A stretch of DNA of 47,677 nucleotides from Candidatus Cloacimonadota bacterium (GTDB lineage Bacteria > Cloacimonadota > Cloacimonadia > JGIOTU-2). Made by a program: the position numbers and the translations under genes. The notes under the pieces are model-generated. The model searched no databases, was not told the origin of the DNA, and was given only the letters and a program-made list of their open reading frames with translations. Of the stretch, positions 11,038 through 20,157 are shown piece by piece (the first letter of the stretch is position 1; each line of letters starts with the position of its first letter). The stretch lies in assembly GCA_030611765.1 (NCBI GenBank), contig JAUWPE010000003.1:1-47677 (forward strand), given 5' to 3'.

Positions 11038-11096
11038 ATCTCTGTGTCCTCTGCCTGCCACGTCGAAGTGTAACGGAGACGGGTGCTCTCTGTGGT
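10630..11096. mobile_element. GxxExxY cassette bounded by family A inverted repeats (ACCACAGAGnnCACAGAG)
   Basis: Left arm accaccgagtacactgag at 10630-10647; right arm ctctgtgtcctctg[30 nt]tgctctctgtggt at 11040-11096; sits between tgt and porX. Confidence 0.6.
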
Positions 11097-11143
11097 GGGA
11101 AAGAATGTGTGTAATGGATAAGTTCTGATGAAAGGAATATAGA

Positions 11144-12700
11144 ATGAAAAAAGCAAAGATACTCTGGATAGATGATGAAATACAGATGCTCAAACCGCAT
11201 ATAATATTTCTAGAAGAAAGAAATTTCGAAGTGGTTTCAGCATCCAATGGAAACGACGGTATTGCCCTCGTCGAAGAACAAAATTTTGATATCGTACTTC
11301 TCGATGAGATGATGCCCGGACTCGACGGACTGGAAACTCTTGTGCAGATCAAGAAGCTCAATGAAAGTCTGCCTGTGGTAATGGTTACCAAGAACGAAGA
11401 AGAGGGTTTGATGAACAAAGCGATCGCCCAGCAGATCACAGATTATATCATCAAGCCGATCAATCCCAACCAGATACTGATGTCCCTTAAGAAGATATTG
11501 ATGTCTGAAGAGATCCGCAGAAACCGGACAGGCGAAGAATATGCGGAATTCTCTGCAAAACTCAATCAAAAACTTTTTGCAGAACCGAACTGGCAGGATT
11601 GGATAGATATTTATCGCTCCATTGCAGAGTGGGATCTGAAGCTGGATCAGCTATACTACGAAGATATCATTCAAATGCACTCGTATGAAAAGAAAAATTG
11701 CGATACCGAGTTTTCAAACTACATCGCTGCTCATTATGAAGATTTTCTCACTCAATCCGATAGTCCGGTGCTTTCTCCTGATATTGTAAGAAAATACGCT
11801 GCCGACAGATTGTACACAAAGAAGGTTGTTTATTTTGTTGTTCTCGACTGTCTTCGACTCGATCAATTCATGACAATTAAGCCCTTTATTGAAGAGCTTT
11901 TCAATGTGAAAACCGATTATTATTATTCAATTTTACCCACGTCAACGCCATATTCTCGAAATGCAATTTTCAGCGGTATGATGCCAGGCAAGATAGCGAA
12001 AGTGTACCCACAATTCTGGCGCACCAGCAAAGAAGTGGAAAGCAGTCTTAACCGCGATGAGCACTTTTTCATGGATGAACAGCTCAAGAAAATGGATATT
12101 CCCATGCCACATGGAAGTAAGTATATAAAGGTACTGAATACTGAGGAAGGCGAGTATGTCACAAGAAAGATCCCTTCCTATAAAAAAGAGCGATTGGTCA
12201 TTCTCGTATATAACTTTTTGGACATGCTGCTTCATCACAGATTTAAAGATGAAATACTTCAGGAAATTATACCTAACGACCGCGCATTGCGTTCGTTAAC
12301 AAAGCTGTGGTTTTTGAATTCTCAGTTCTATGAGACACTCAAACTCATTGCAAAACAGGATGCGGTTGTCATACTTACAACTGATCACGGATCGATAAAA
12401 GTCGAGCATCCAACAAAGGTTATCAGCGATAAGGAAATCTCATCCGGATTGCGCTCAAAACACGGCAAGAATATCACCTGTAATGATAGGCATACTATCA
12501 AAGTTTCAGACCCGAAAAGATACGGACTTCCTATTGAAAATGTTGTAGAGAACTACATCTTTGCCAAAGGTGATCATTACTTTGTGTATCCAACTGCTTA
12601 TAATGAGTACAAGCGTAAATTCGACGGCACCTATCAGCACGGCGGTGTTTCCATGGAAGAAATGATCCTGCCGGTATCGATCTTAACAACCAAGAAGTAA
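11144..12700 (+). CDS. porX: PorX-like response regulator with PglZ/alkaline phosphatase domain
   Basis: Receiver ILWIDDE/VLLDEMMPG; LDCLRLDQ, SILPTSTPYSRNAIFSG, TTDHG, YQHGGVSMEEMILP; 518 aa; adjacent to tsaE. Confidence 0.9.
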   Translation: MKKAKILWIDDEIQMLKPHIIFLEERNFEVVSASNGNDGIALVEEQNFDIVLLDEMMPGLDGLETLVQIKKLNESLPVVMVTKNEEEGLMNKAIAQQITDYIIKPINPNQILMSLKKILMSEEIRRNRTGEEYAEFSAKLNQKLFAEPNWQDWIDIYRSIAEWDLKLDQLYYEDIIQMHSYEKKNCDTEFSNYIAAHYEDFLTQSDSPVLSPDIVRKYAADRLYTKKVVYFVVLDCLRLDQFMTIKPFIEELFNVKTDYYYSILPTSTPYSRNAIFSGMMPGKIAKVYPQFWRTSKEVESSLNRDEHFFMDEQLKKMDIPMPHGSKYIKVLNTEEGEYVTRKIPSYKKERLVILVYNFLDMLLHHRFKDEILQEIIPNDRALRSLTKLWFLNSQFYETLKLIAKQDAVVILTTDHGSIKVEHPTKVISDKEISSGLRSKHGKNITCNDRHTIKVSDPKRYGLPIENVVENYIFAKGDHYFVYPTAYNEYKRKFDGTYQHGGVSMEEMILPVSILTTKK

Positions 12701-12701
12701 A

Positions 12702-13166
12702 ATGTCTCACGATTCTTTTTCTCAGGAATTTACAAGTGGTTCTGAAAACGAGACTTCCCAGATCGCAAAAGATTTTGCTGAAATACTGCAAATGGGTGAT
12801 GTCGTGGCACTAAGAGGTGAACTGGGCAGCGGGAAAACTTTTTTTGTGAAAAAGGTAGTTGAGAAATTGGGATTTAATGGCTATGTATCAAGTCCAACCT
12901 TTACCATCCTGAATATTTATGAAGCTTCGACCTATCTCTATCATTTTGATTTCTACCGCCTGAATAATATCGAAGCAATTGAAAAGATCGGCTTTTACGA
13001 TCTGCTCACGGAAGATGGGATTTTTTTCATAGAATGGCCAGAAAAAGCTGAAGAACTATTCCCTGATGAATATTTTGAGATAAAAATTGACATTATTAAT
13101 AGAACTCACAGAAAAATAAGTATAAAGAAAATCACTGGAAATGAGGATGCATTATGTCGAAATTGA
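12702..13166 (+). CDS. tsaE: tRNA threonylcarbamoyladenosine biosynthesis ATPase TsaE
   Basis: LRGELGSGKT, VSSPTFTI, YHFDFYRL, FIEWPE. Confidence 0.96.
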   Translation: MSHDSFSQEFTSGSENETSQIAKDFAEILQMGDVVALRGELGSGKTFFVKKVVEKLGFNGYVSSPTFTILNIYEASTYLYHFDFYRLNNIEAIEKIGFYDLLTEDGIFFIEWPEKAEELFPDEYFEIKIDIINRTHRKISIKKITGNEDALCRN

Positions 13167-14500
13167 TGAAAAGTGTTTCCGGCATTCGAGGAATTGTTGG
13201 AGACACTCTCACAACGGAACTTGTGCTCTCTTTTGCAAAACGTTTCGGAGTATTTTCCGGACGAGGAAAAGTCGTAGTTGGAAGAGATTCCCGAACCACT
13301 GGAAAAATGCTGCTCAACGTTGTTTCTGCAGGTTTAGTGTCAGTTGGAGTTGATGTGATCGATCTCGGGATTTGTCCCACGCCTACAATACTTCTTGCTG
13401 CAGAAAATCTCAAAGCTGACGGAGGGATTGCTATCACTGCGAGCCATAACCCGCAGGAATGGAATGCATTGAAACTTATAAATAACACTGGCACTTTTTT
13501 GACGCCAGCCCAATCTCATGATTTCTGGAACATTCCCGAAAATGAGTTAAAAGACCTTGATTGGGCTAAGATCGGATCATTCTCACAATATGGTTGTGCG
13601 ATCGAAGACCACATCGAAGCGATCCTGAAACTTCCTATTATAGCGTCAGATAAGATAAAAGAAAAGAATTTCAAAGTAGTCATAGATTCCACAAATGGTG
13701 CAGGTGGTTTGATGTCACCACTTCTGCTAAAAGCGCTTGGTTGTGAAGTGATAGAGCTGTATTCAAAACCGAATGGAATGTTCTCACGCATTGCAGAACC
13801 GGCAGCAAAAAATCTTGGCGTCCTGGAAAATGAAGTAAAAAAATATGCTGCTGATATTGGCTTTGCTACAGATCCCGACGTGGATAGATTATCCATTGTT
13901 TCTAATGATGGGATTGCGCTTGGCACAGAATATACACTGCTGCTTGCTGAAAAGTATGTGCTCTCACAAAAGAAGGGAAATATTGCTACGAATTTATCTT
14001 CCTCGATGGCTTCAGATGTGATTGCAAAGGGAAACGGAGTTGAAATTTTTCGATCTCGTGTAGGTGAGATCAACGTCGCAGAAGCAATGAAGGAGCACGA
14101 TTGCATCATAGGTGGTGAGGGCAATGGTGGAGTCATTCTGCCCGATCTTCACTTCACTCGTGATGCTCCACTTGGAATGGCGCTTATCCTTTCATATATG
14201 GCTGTTTCACGGAAAAAAATCTCAGAATTAGCAGCAGAAATTCCTAAGTATTATATCTATAAGACCAAGCTGGATATCTCTGAAGATACTGATTTTGATG
14301 AAGTGACGAGAAATATCATTCAAGATTATTCTCATAAAAAACTTGATACACTGGATGGCATTAAAATTATTGATCCTGAGTTTTGGATTCATATAAGGAA
14401 ATCCGGAACCGAACCGATCGTGCGAATTATTGCAGAGAGCAGTTCCGAAGAAGAATCAAAAAAACTGTGTGAAGATATTATTCAAAAATATTTAGGGTAA
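13154..14500 (+). CDS. glmM: Phosphoglucosamine mutase-like phosphohexomutase
   Basis: SVSGIRG, ITASHNP, DPDVDR, GGEGNGG, RKSGTEP; substrate specificity is inferred. Confidence 0.8.
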   Translation: MSKLMKSVSGIRGIVGDTLTTELVLSFAKRFGVFSGRGKVVVGRDSRTTGKMLLNVVSAGLVSVGVDVIDLGICPTPTILLAAENLKADGGIAITASHNPQEWNALKLINNTGTFLTPAQSHDFWNIPENELKDLDWAKIGSFSQYGCAIEDHIEAILKLPIIASDKIKEKNFKVVIDSTNGAGGLMSPLLLKALGCEVIELYSKPNGMFSRIAEPAAKNLGVLENEVKKYAADIGFATDPDVDRLSIVSNDGIALGTEYTLLLAEKYVLSQKKGNIATNLSSSMASDVIAKGNGVEIFRSRVGEINVAEAMKEHDCIIGGEGNGGVILPDLHFTRDAPLGMALILSYMAVSRKKISELAAEIPKYYIYKTKLDISEDTDFDEVTRNIIQDYSHKKLDTLDGIKIIDPEFWIHIRKSGTEPIVRIIAESSSEEESKKLCEDIIQKYLG

Positions 14501-14560
14501 GAAATAATGGAAAAATTTACGGTAAATTGTTTTGATACTAATTCACAAAAAGGAGTATAA

Positions 14561-14848
14561 ATGACAAACTTTGACAAAGATTCCGAAGAATACAAAAGAG
14601 CAAAAATGCGGGTTGATGAGATCAGGGGATTTTGGTCACATCTCGCAGTGTATATTATAGTGAATATTGGTATATTTATTATAAATATGTTAACCTCTCC
14701 TCATCACTTATGGTTTTATTGGCCCCTTCTTGGATGGGGGATCGGTTTGTTTGCACACAGCTTCCATGTATTTTGCGCACAGGGTATATTCGGCAAGGAT
14801 TGGGAGGAGCGTCAGATCAAGAAATATATGGATAAGAGAGGTCAATAA
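14561..14848 (+). CDS. 2TM domain protein
   Basis: GFWSHLAVYIIVN...WFYWPLLGWGIGLFAH...WEERQIKKYM; AGGAG RBS. Confidence 0.9.
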   Translation: MTNFDKDSEEYKRAKMRVDEIRGFWSHLAVYIIVNIGIFIINMLTSPHHLWFYWPLLGWGIGLFAHSFHVFCAQGIFGKDWEERQIKKYMDKRGQ

Positions 14849-14989
14849 GATTACTCTTAATTTATTTCTATATTGTTAGTTAGGAAGCAGTTTCTTATAT
14901 TTTAGTTTAGATAATATTGATCTGATTTTTTGCTTCTATGAGATCGTTTTCTGTATCAAATTCAAAAATCAGAATTATCTTGTAATAAG

Positions 14990-15720
14990 CCCGTCACGGA
15001 GCAGTGTAACGGAGATGGATCGAGAGCTTGGGATTTCTTGTCACAAGTCGGAGAGCTTATGATAAGTAATTCGTTGGAACATTACAACTTAAGACATGCT
15101 CTGCGACATGTCTCAAGTTTTCAAAAAATAGAATTTAATTTATTTTTCTTCATTTTTTTCTAAATCAGTGTTAATCTGTGTTCTGGAAATGAAATGAAGA
15201 CGGATTCTTTTCTGCTCCCGAGTCGTTCTCTTCGCGACCGACTCGTGATTTCCACCACCACAAAAAACAAAAAATGTCATTCTCGACCATGCTCAACTTG
15301 ATTGGGTATCGGGAATCCAGTATTTTCGCCTTCTCTGAACTCCATCCATATAAATCGGGCTGAAGTCCAGTCTGCTAGGGTTGGACTGGACTTGAGAGAC
15401 GAAGTCCTCGAGTTCAGAACAACCGGACAACCGACTATGCATTCTGAACTCCACCCACCTTTGGCGTGCGAAGTCCAGTCTTTGAATCCCTCTCATCAAA
15501 TCGGAGATACCTATAAAAATTAGAGGATAATTTTCTGAAATACTTATTAATAAAGTGTTTGCGAAAGATTTAAGTTTAAAATTACTAATCAATATCATTA
15601 TGGAAATCTTTCAAAAAAAATTAAAAAAAGACGTCTTTCTTCCCGATATTCTGGAATCGGGAATCCAGTATTTTCGCCTTCTCTGAACTCCATCGCCGGC
15701 TGGCTGATGAAGTACAGGAA
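14990..15720. repeat. Mosaic of short palindromic repeats between convergent genes
   Basis: 30-nt unit at 14990-15019, hairpin at 15088-15117, family B arm near 15163-15184, REP at 15216-15250, GTCATT...GGGAATCCAG unit at 15275-15320, 36-bp module repeated at 15310 and 15659. Confidence 0.8.
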
Positions 15721-15837
15721 TGCTTAGTGTAAGTATAATGTTATCTCGAACAAAGATTGGAACAATAATTATTTCCTTAATGATAGTCCATGAATTCAAT
15801 TAGGGTAATTTTAGGAAGGGAATAACTGCAACATCTT

Positions 15838-16617
15838 TTAGCATAGCTCTTTCAAGTATTCTACGAGTTTTTTTGCGACTTCTTCCGGTTCACCTTCGAG
15901 CATCATTGTTTTCTTTTCTAATGTTGGAGTATAAATTTCTTCAACCTGTGTGGGAGAGCCATTAAGTCCAACTTTAGCTTCATCAAGATGAAGATCGTCA
16001 AAAGTCCAGACAGGTATTTCGGCTTTTTTCGCTTTCATTTTTGTTCGCAAAGAGGGCAGTCGCGGTTCATTGATGTCTTTAACGACAGTAAGCACGATCG
16101 GCAGTTGTGATTTGATCACATCAAAGCCATCTTCCATCATTCTATGAGCTACGATTTTGCCATTCTCAATAGCATCGATCTCTTTTACAAAAGCGATCTG
16201 CGGAATATCAAGGTGACGCGCAACGCCCGGTCCGACCTGTGCTGTATCTCCATCAATCGCCTGTTTGCCAAACAGAATTATATCATAATCACCAAGTTTT
16301 CTTATAGCGGCAGAAAGCGTGTAACTTGTTGCCAGAGTGTCTGATCCGGCAAATTTTTTATCGGAAATCAGAATTGCATTATCCACACCGAGCGCCAATG
16401 CTTCGCGCAGTGCATTTTCTACTTGTGGAGGTCCCATACTGATGACTGTAACAGTACCTCCGTGAGCTTCCTTAATGCGTAATGCCTCTTCCAAAGCGTA
16501 CATATCAAATGGGTTGATGATGCTTTCCACTCCTTCACGAATAAGTGTATTGTCTTCCGGATTTATCTTAACATCAGTGGTATCCGGAACCTGCTTTATA
16601 CATACTATAATGTTCAT
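15838..16617 (-). CDS. etfB: Electron transfer flavoprotein beta subunit (EtfB/FixA)
   Basis: MNIIVCIKQVPDT, INPFDMYALEEA, FAGSDTLATS, GKQAIDGDTAQVG, NEPRLPS. Confidence 0.96.
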   Translation of the reverse strand: MNIIVCIKQVPDTTDVKINPEDNTLIREGVESIINPFDMYALEEALRIKEAHGGTVTVISMGPPQVENALREALALGVDNAILISDKKFAGSDTLATSYTLSAAIRKLGDYDIILFGKQAIDGDTAQVGPGVARHLDIPQIAFVKEIDAIENGKIVAHRMMEDGFDVIKSQLPIVLTVVKDINEPRLPSLRTKMKAKKAEIPVWTFDDLHLDEAKVGLNGSPTQVEEIYTPTLEKKTMMLEGEPEEVAKKLVEYLKELC

Positions 16618-16653
16618 TTTATTTCTCCTACAAATGAATTATGTTACACTACA

Positions 16654-17450
16654 ATAAATAATTTTAACCACGAAAAACACGAAAATCACGAAAGAGTTTT
16701 TTAAGAAAAATATTTCATTAAATTTCATTTTATTTATTATGTGTTTTTTTTATTCATGAATTAACTCTATTAAAAATCCAGAACACGTTTTTTCATATAC
16801 TTCAAAAAATCGTACACTGAATTGAATTATTCTTTTCTTCAAAATAATTTACGTCTAACATAATTTGTATTAATTGTCATTCAAATGCTATCTTTATTTT
16901 TATTACATTATCATAAATAATTTTAACCACGAAAAACACGAAAAGCACGAAAGAGTTTTTTAAGAAAAATAGTCTATAAAACTTCATTTTATTTATTATG
17001 TGTTTTTTCTATTCATGAATTAACTCTATTAAAAATACAGAACACATTTTTTCATATACTTCAAAAAATCGTACACTGAATTGAGTTATTCTTTTCTTTC
17101 AAAATAATTTACGTCTAACATAATTTGTATTAATTGTCCTTCAAATGCTATCTTTATTTTTATTACATTATCATAAATAATTTTAACCACGAAAAACACG
17201 AAAATCACGAAAGAGTTTTTTAAGAAAAATATTTCATTAAATTTCATTTGATTTATTATATGTTTTTTTTATTCATGAATTAACTCTATTAAAAATCCAG
17301 AACACATTTTTTCATATACTTCAAAAAATCGTACACTGAATTGAGTTATTCTTTTCTTCAAAATAATTTACGTCTAACATAATTTGTATTAATTTTTCTT
17401 CAAATGCTATCTTTATTTTTATTACATTATCATAAATACTTTTAACCATG
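16654..17450. repeat. Three tandem copies of a 259-260 bp AT-rich unit, each starting with a family A arm
   Basis: ACCACGAAAAACACGAAAA at 16667, 16926 and 17186, partial fourth at 17445; intervening sequence near-identical. Confidence 0.95.
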
Positions 17451-17494
17451 AAAGTGGTGTTTAAAAAAAATATTCTTAAAAACTTCATTTAATT

Positions 17495-17552
17495 TTTCGC
17501 GTTTTTCGTGCCTTTCGCCTGCAACGGCGTAGCGTAGTGAAGATGTGTGGTT
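17495..17552. repeat. Family A right arm interrupted by a 30-nt micro-element
   Basis: tttcgcgtttttcgtgcctttcg[17518-17547]tggtt; inverted relative to the arms of the tandem array. Confidence 0.8.
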
Positions 17553-17565
17553 CAAAATATTCTTC

Positions 17566-18639
17566 TTACAGAGTACCCAGTATTTTATCATCTGATCCCA
17601 GAAGAAGGGCGCAGTCACCCTTGAGGTCGATCGAGCTCAATTCTACATTTTTTCCGATGATGCTTTCGACGATCTTGCCTTTTACATTTCGTATGATGGA
17701 ATTTTCCAGGATTATGGAATTTTCAATATTAACATTTCTTATTACAGAGCCGTTTCCGATGCATGTGTTAGGAAGAAGTGTCGCATTTTCGATTTCACAG
17801 TTTTCGCCGATGATCACCGGTCCTTTTATCGTGCACTTTCTCATTCTGGAACCTCTTCCAATAAACAATGCTCCGTCAAGAATTGAATCCTCATCAAGAT
17901 CGCTTTCACCTGCAATGTGCCAGCCGTTTAGCTTGCTGCACAGATATATGTTCGCATCGATAATATCTTTTGGTTTTCCTGTGTCCAGCCATTTGCCATG
18001 AAGTATTTCACCTTTGACTGTCAAACCTTTATTAATAAGTCCCTGTATTGCGTCTGTGATCTCATACTCGTTTCGCCAGGAAGGTTCGAGCTCATCTATC
18101 GCTTGAAATACATCTTTATCAAAAATATACACTCCTGCAAGCGCCAGATTTGACTGAGGATCTTTCGGTTTTTCTACGACTTTTATTATCCTTTCTCCAT
18201 CAAGAATTGCGACCCCGAAACGCTGCGGATCTTCCACTGCTTTCAGATTTATTATGCATGACGGCTTTTCTTCATTATATCTGCGCACAAGATTGGTGAG
18301 GTCATCTTCAAAAATATTATCCCCAAGAAAGACCATAAAAGAATCATCTCCCACAAAATCCTGTCCCATTTTGACAGCATGGGCAAGCCCTTTTGGTTTA
18401 TCCTGTACAATGTATGTGATCTTCGCACCGAGTTGCGAGCCGTCACCAACCGTTTCTCGTATCTGTTCCTGCATATAGCCAACGATCAGTCCGATCTCTG
18501 TAATACCGAGATTCACCAGTTTTTTAATGATATGGAACACAATAGGCACGTTTGCCAAAGGTAAAATATGCTTTGGCATTGAGTATGTAAGTGGCTGCAA
18601 GCGAGTTCCTTTTCCTGCACAAAGGACCAATGCTTTCAT
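17566..18639 (-). CDS. rfbA: Glucose-1-phosphate thymidylyltransferase, long form
   Basis: LCAGKGTRLQPLT, QDKPKGLAHAV, FLGDN, VEKP, PSWRNEYEITDAI, WLDTG, hexapeptide tail. Confidence 0.9.
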   Translation of the reverse strand: MKALVLCAGKGTRLQPLTYSMPKHILPLANVPIVFHIIKKLVNLGITEIGLIVGYMQEQIRETVGDGSQLGAKITYIVQDKPKGLAHAVKMGQDFVGDDSFMVFLGDNIFEDDLTNLVRRYNEEKPSCIINLKAVEDPQRFGVAILDGERIIKVVEKPKDPQSNLALAGVYIFDKDVFQAIDELEPSWRNEYEITDAIQGLINKGLTVKGEILHGKWLDTGKPKDIIDANIYLCSKLNGWHIAGESDLDEDSILDGALFIGRGSRMRKCTIKGPVIIGENCEIENATLLPNTCIGNGSVIRNVNIENSIILENSIIRNVKGKIVESIIGKNVELSSIDLKGDCALLLGSDDKILGTL

Positions 18640-18695
18640 AGAAAAACCTCCGAGATTAGCTTTGTTTGCGACATTTGAAATAGAGCGATTCTGAG

Positions 18696-18795
18696 TGTCA
18701 ATGAAATAAAGTTATAATGTTAGAAGGTTAAAATATTTTAATGTTTGATCGATGAATGGTGAATAAAGTTTCAGTTTCAAAAATATTGACGTCAA
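18696..18795. promoter_or_regulatory. Divergent -35 boxes; TTGACGTCAA palindrome
   Basis: TGTCAA at 18696-18701 (minus-strand TTGACA) and TTGACGTCAA at 18786-18795 between divergent genes. Confidence 0.4.
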
Positions 18796-18847
18796 ATAGA
18801 TCGAACTCAATGTGCATCTGTTCCCTTAAAAACAATAAAATAAAAAT

Positions 18848-19405
18848 ATGAAAGAGAGCATATCTATGTCAGAGAATATAAGGAAATGGTTGAAAAGCGG
18901 AGAGCAAAGTAAGATCACAAAGGATGCGACAGATATTGTTTCCGAATTTACAGGTAGTGATTTTGAAAAGATCATAAGCATTTTAAATTGGATGAACAAA
19001 AACCTGAAAAGATGTACTGATCAGGATAAAGTATTGAAAATTTTTGCCACAAGAGACATCTCTGAAGTTTTAAAAGATATGCTGAGTACTGGATGTCATG
19101 ATGATGCTCTCATTTTTACAACATTTTGCAGAGCAGTGGAAATACCAGCGAAATATGTGGTAGGTATCAATAAACTTAATCCGAAAAACAGCGGTCATTG
19201 CGTTGTGGAACTTTATCTGCACGACAGGTGTATTCTTGTAGATCAATCGAGAGGAAGTGTGTTCATCGATCCAAAACGAAGCGATTTCTATAGAATGAAT
19301 TTTATCGTAGGCAAGGGCTTGGATTCGTGGGATGTTGGCATTAGCTCTTTTAAAACATGGGAAGAGAAATCCAATAAAATAATGGAGATTATTTCAAAGA
19401 TATAG
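18848..19405 (+). CDS. Transglutaminase-like domain protein
   Basis: Cys-His-Asp triad pattern: TGCHDDALIFTTFCRAVEIPAKYV, GHCVVELY, ILVDQS. Confidence 0.8.
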   Translation: MKESISMSENIRKWLKSGEQSKITKDATDIVSEFTGSDFEKIISILNWMNKNLKRCTDQDKVLKIFATRDISEVLKDMLSTGCHDDALIFTTFCRAVEIPAKYVVGINKLNPKNSGHCVVELYLHDRCILVDQSRGSVFIDPKRSDFYRMNFIVGKGLDSWDVGISSFKTWEEKSNKIMEIISKI

Positions 19406-19684
19406 ATGAAGTTTTAGCAATCAAGCTATAAATACTGGAATTCCGGTAAAAATTGTTCCTAATTTTTTTTATTGTAGAAATACTCAAAATTATACTGGAA
19501 GAGCAGTAAATACTTGGTAAATTTCACGATTGTTTCATTAAATACTTTGGAAAAGAGCGTATGGAGATTCCTGAAAAAAAGTGAGTAACTAATAAGCAAA
19601 TTAACCATTTCACTAATTTACTAATTCACCACATCACCAATTTCTTGACAGCTAAATATAATTCTCTTCACACAATACGTTGAT

Positions 19685-19923
19685 GTGAGACCGTGAAAAT
19701 GAATGCTCTGAAAACATGGAAAAGAAAACTTATGAAAGCAAAAGTGGAATGAAACGTTCGATACTTGAATCGCAGTGAGTGAAACGACCCTGTGAAATAA
19801 AAAAACAGATTTCACCCATGTGTAATAAAAGATATAAGAGATTACACAGGGTAAACGGGTTAAAAGTGTGATTCGAGAATTGCGGATGAGAAAAATGAGA
19901 TGTTTATGTTTAATCATTCTCGC
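19685..19923 (+). ncRNA. Candidate rod-shaped structured ncRNA (6S-like architecture) with nested repeat insert
   Basis: TTGACA at 19645; 5'/3' closing stem (19685-19709 with 19897-19923), A-rich bubble, 11-bp stem 19764-19774/19867-19877; folded by eye only. Confidence 0.35.
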
Positions 19924-19980
19924 TTCATACTTCGCAACGAAGCAAGCCTGACAGAAATAATTTTCAAAAAGGAATTTATC

Positions 19981-20157
19981 ATGAAATGCAAAAAAGAAGA
20001 ATTCGTCGAAGGTGCAATTTTTCATTTATTCAACAAAACACCTAAAGGGAAACCATTATTCAAATGTGATGAAGATTATTTATATTTTTTGGAAAAGTTT
20101 AAAAAGAATATACAGAAATATCCTTGTAAAATATCTCCCTATTGTATAGTCAGTTAA
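19981..20157 (+). pseudogene. Truncated RAYT/Y1 transposase (N-terminal third)
   Basis: MKCKKEEFVEGAIFHLFNK...LFKCDEDYLYFLEKFKK...KYPCKISPYCI aligns to the N-terminus of 26326..26895 and stops just before the HUH motif. Confidence 0.85.

Noticed and set aside
1491-14136. Numerous short antisense or alternate-frame ORFs within secA, topA, rseP, tgt, porX and glmM
   Set aside because: Shadows of well-supported genes, with no motifs
15704-15735. CTGATGA as a possible hammerhead ribozyme core
   Set aside because: No GAAA at the required position and no supporting stems
15293-15799. ORFs 15293..15598, 15302..15523 and 15611..15799
   Set aside because: Translations of repeat modules; the shared GVQRRRKYWIPD peptide is just the repeat
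16654-17450. Possible CRISPR array
   Set aside because: The period is 260 bp, inter-repeat sequences are near-identical rather than unique spacers, and no cas genes are present
19621-20025. 134-aa minus-strand ORF over the candidate ncRNA
   Set aside because: Low-complexity Phe-rich translation crossing nested repeats and antisense to the RAYT remnant
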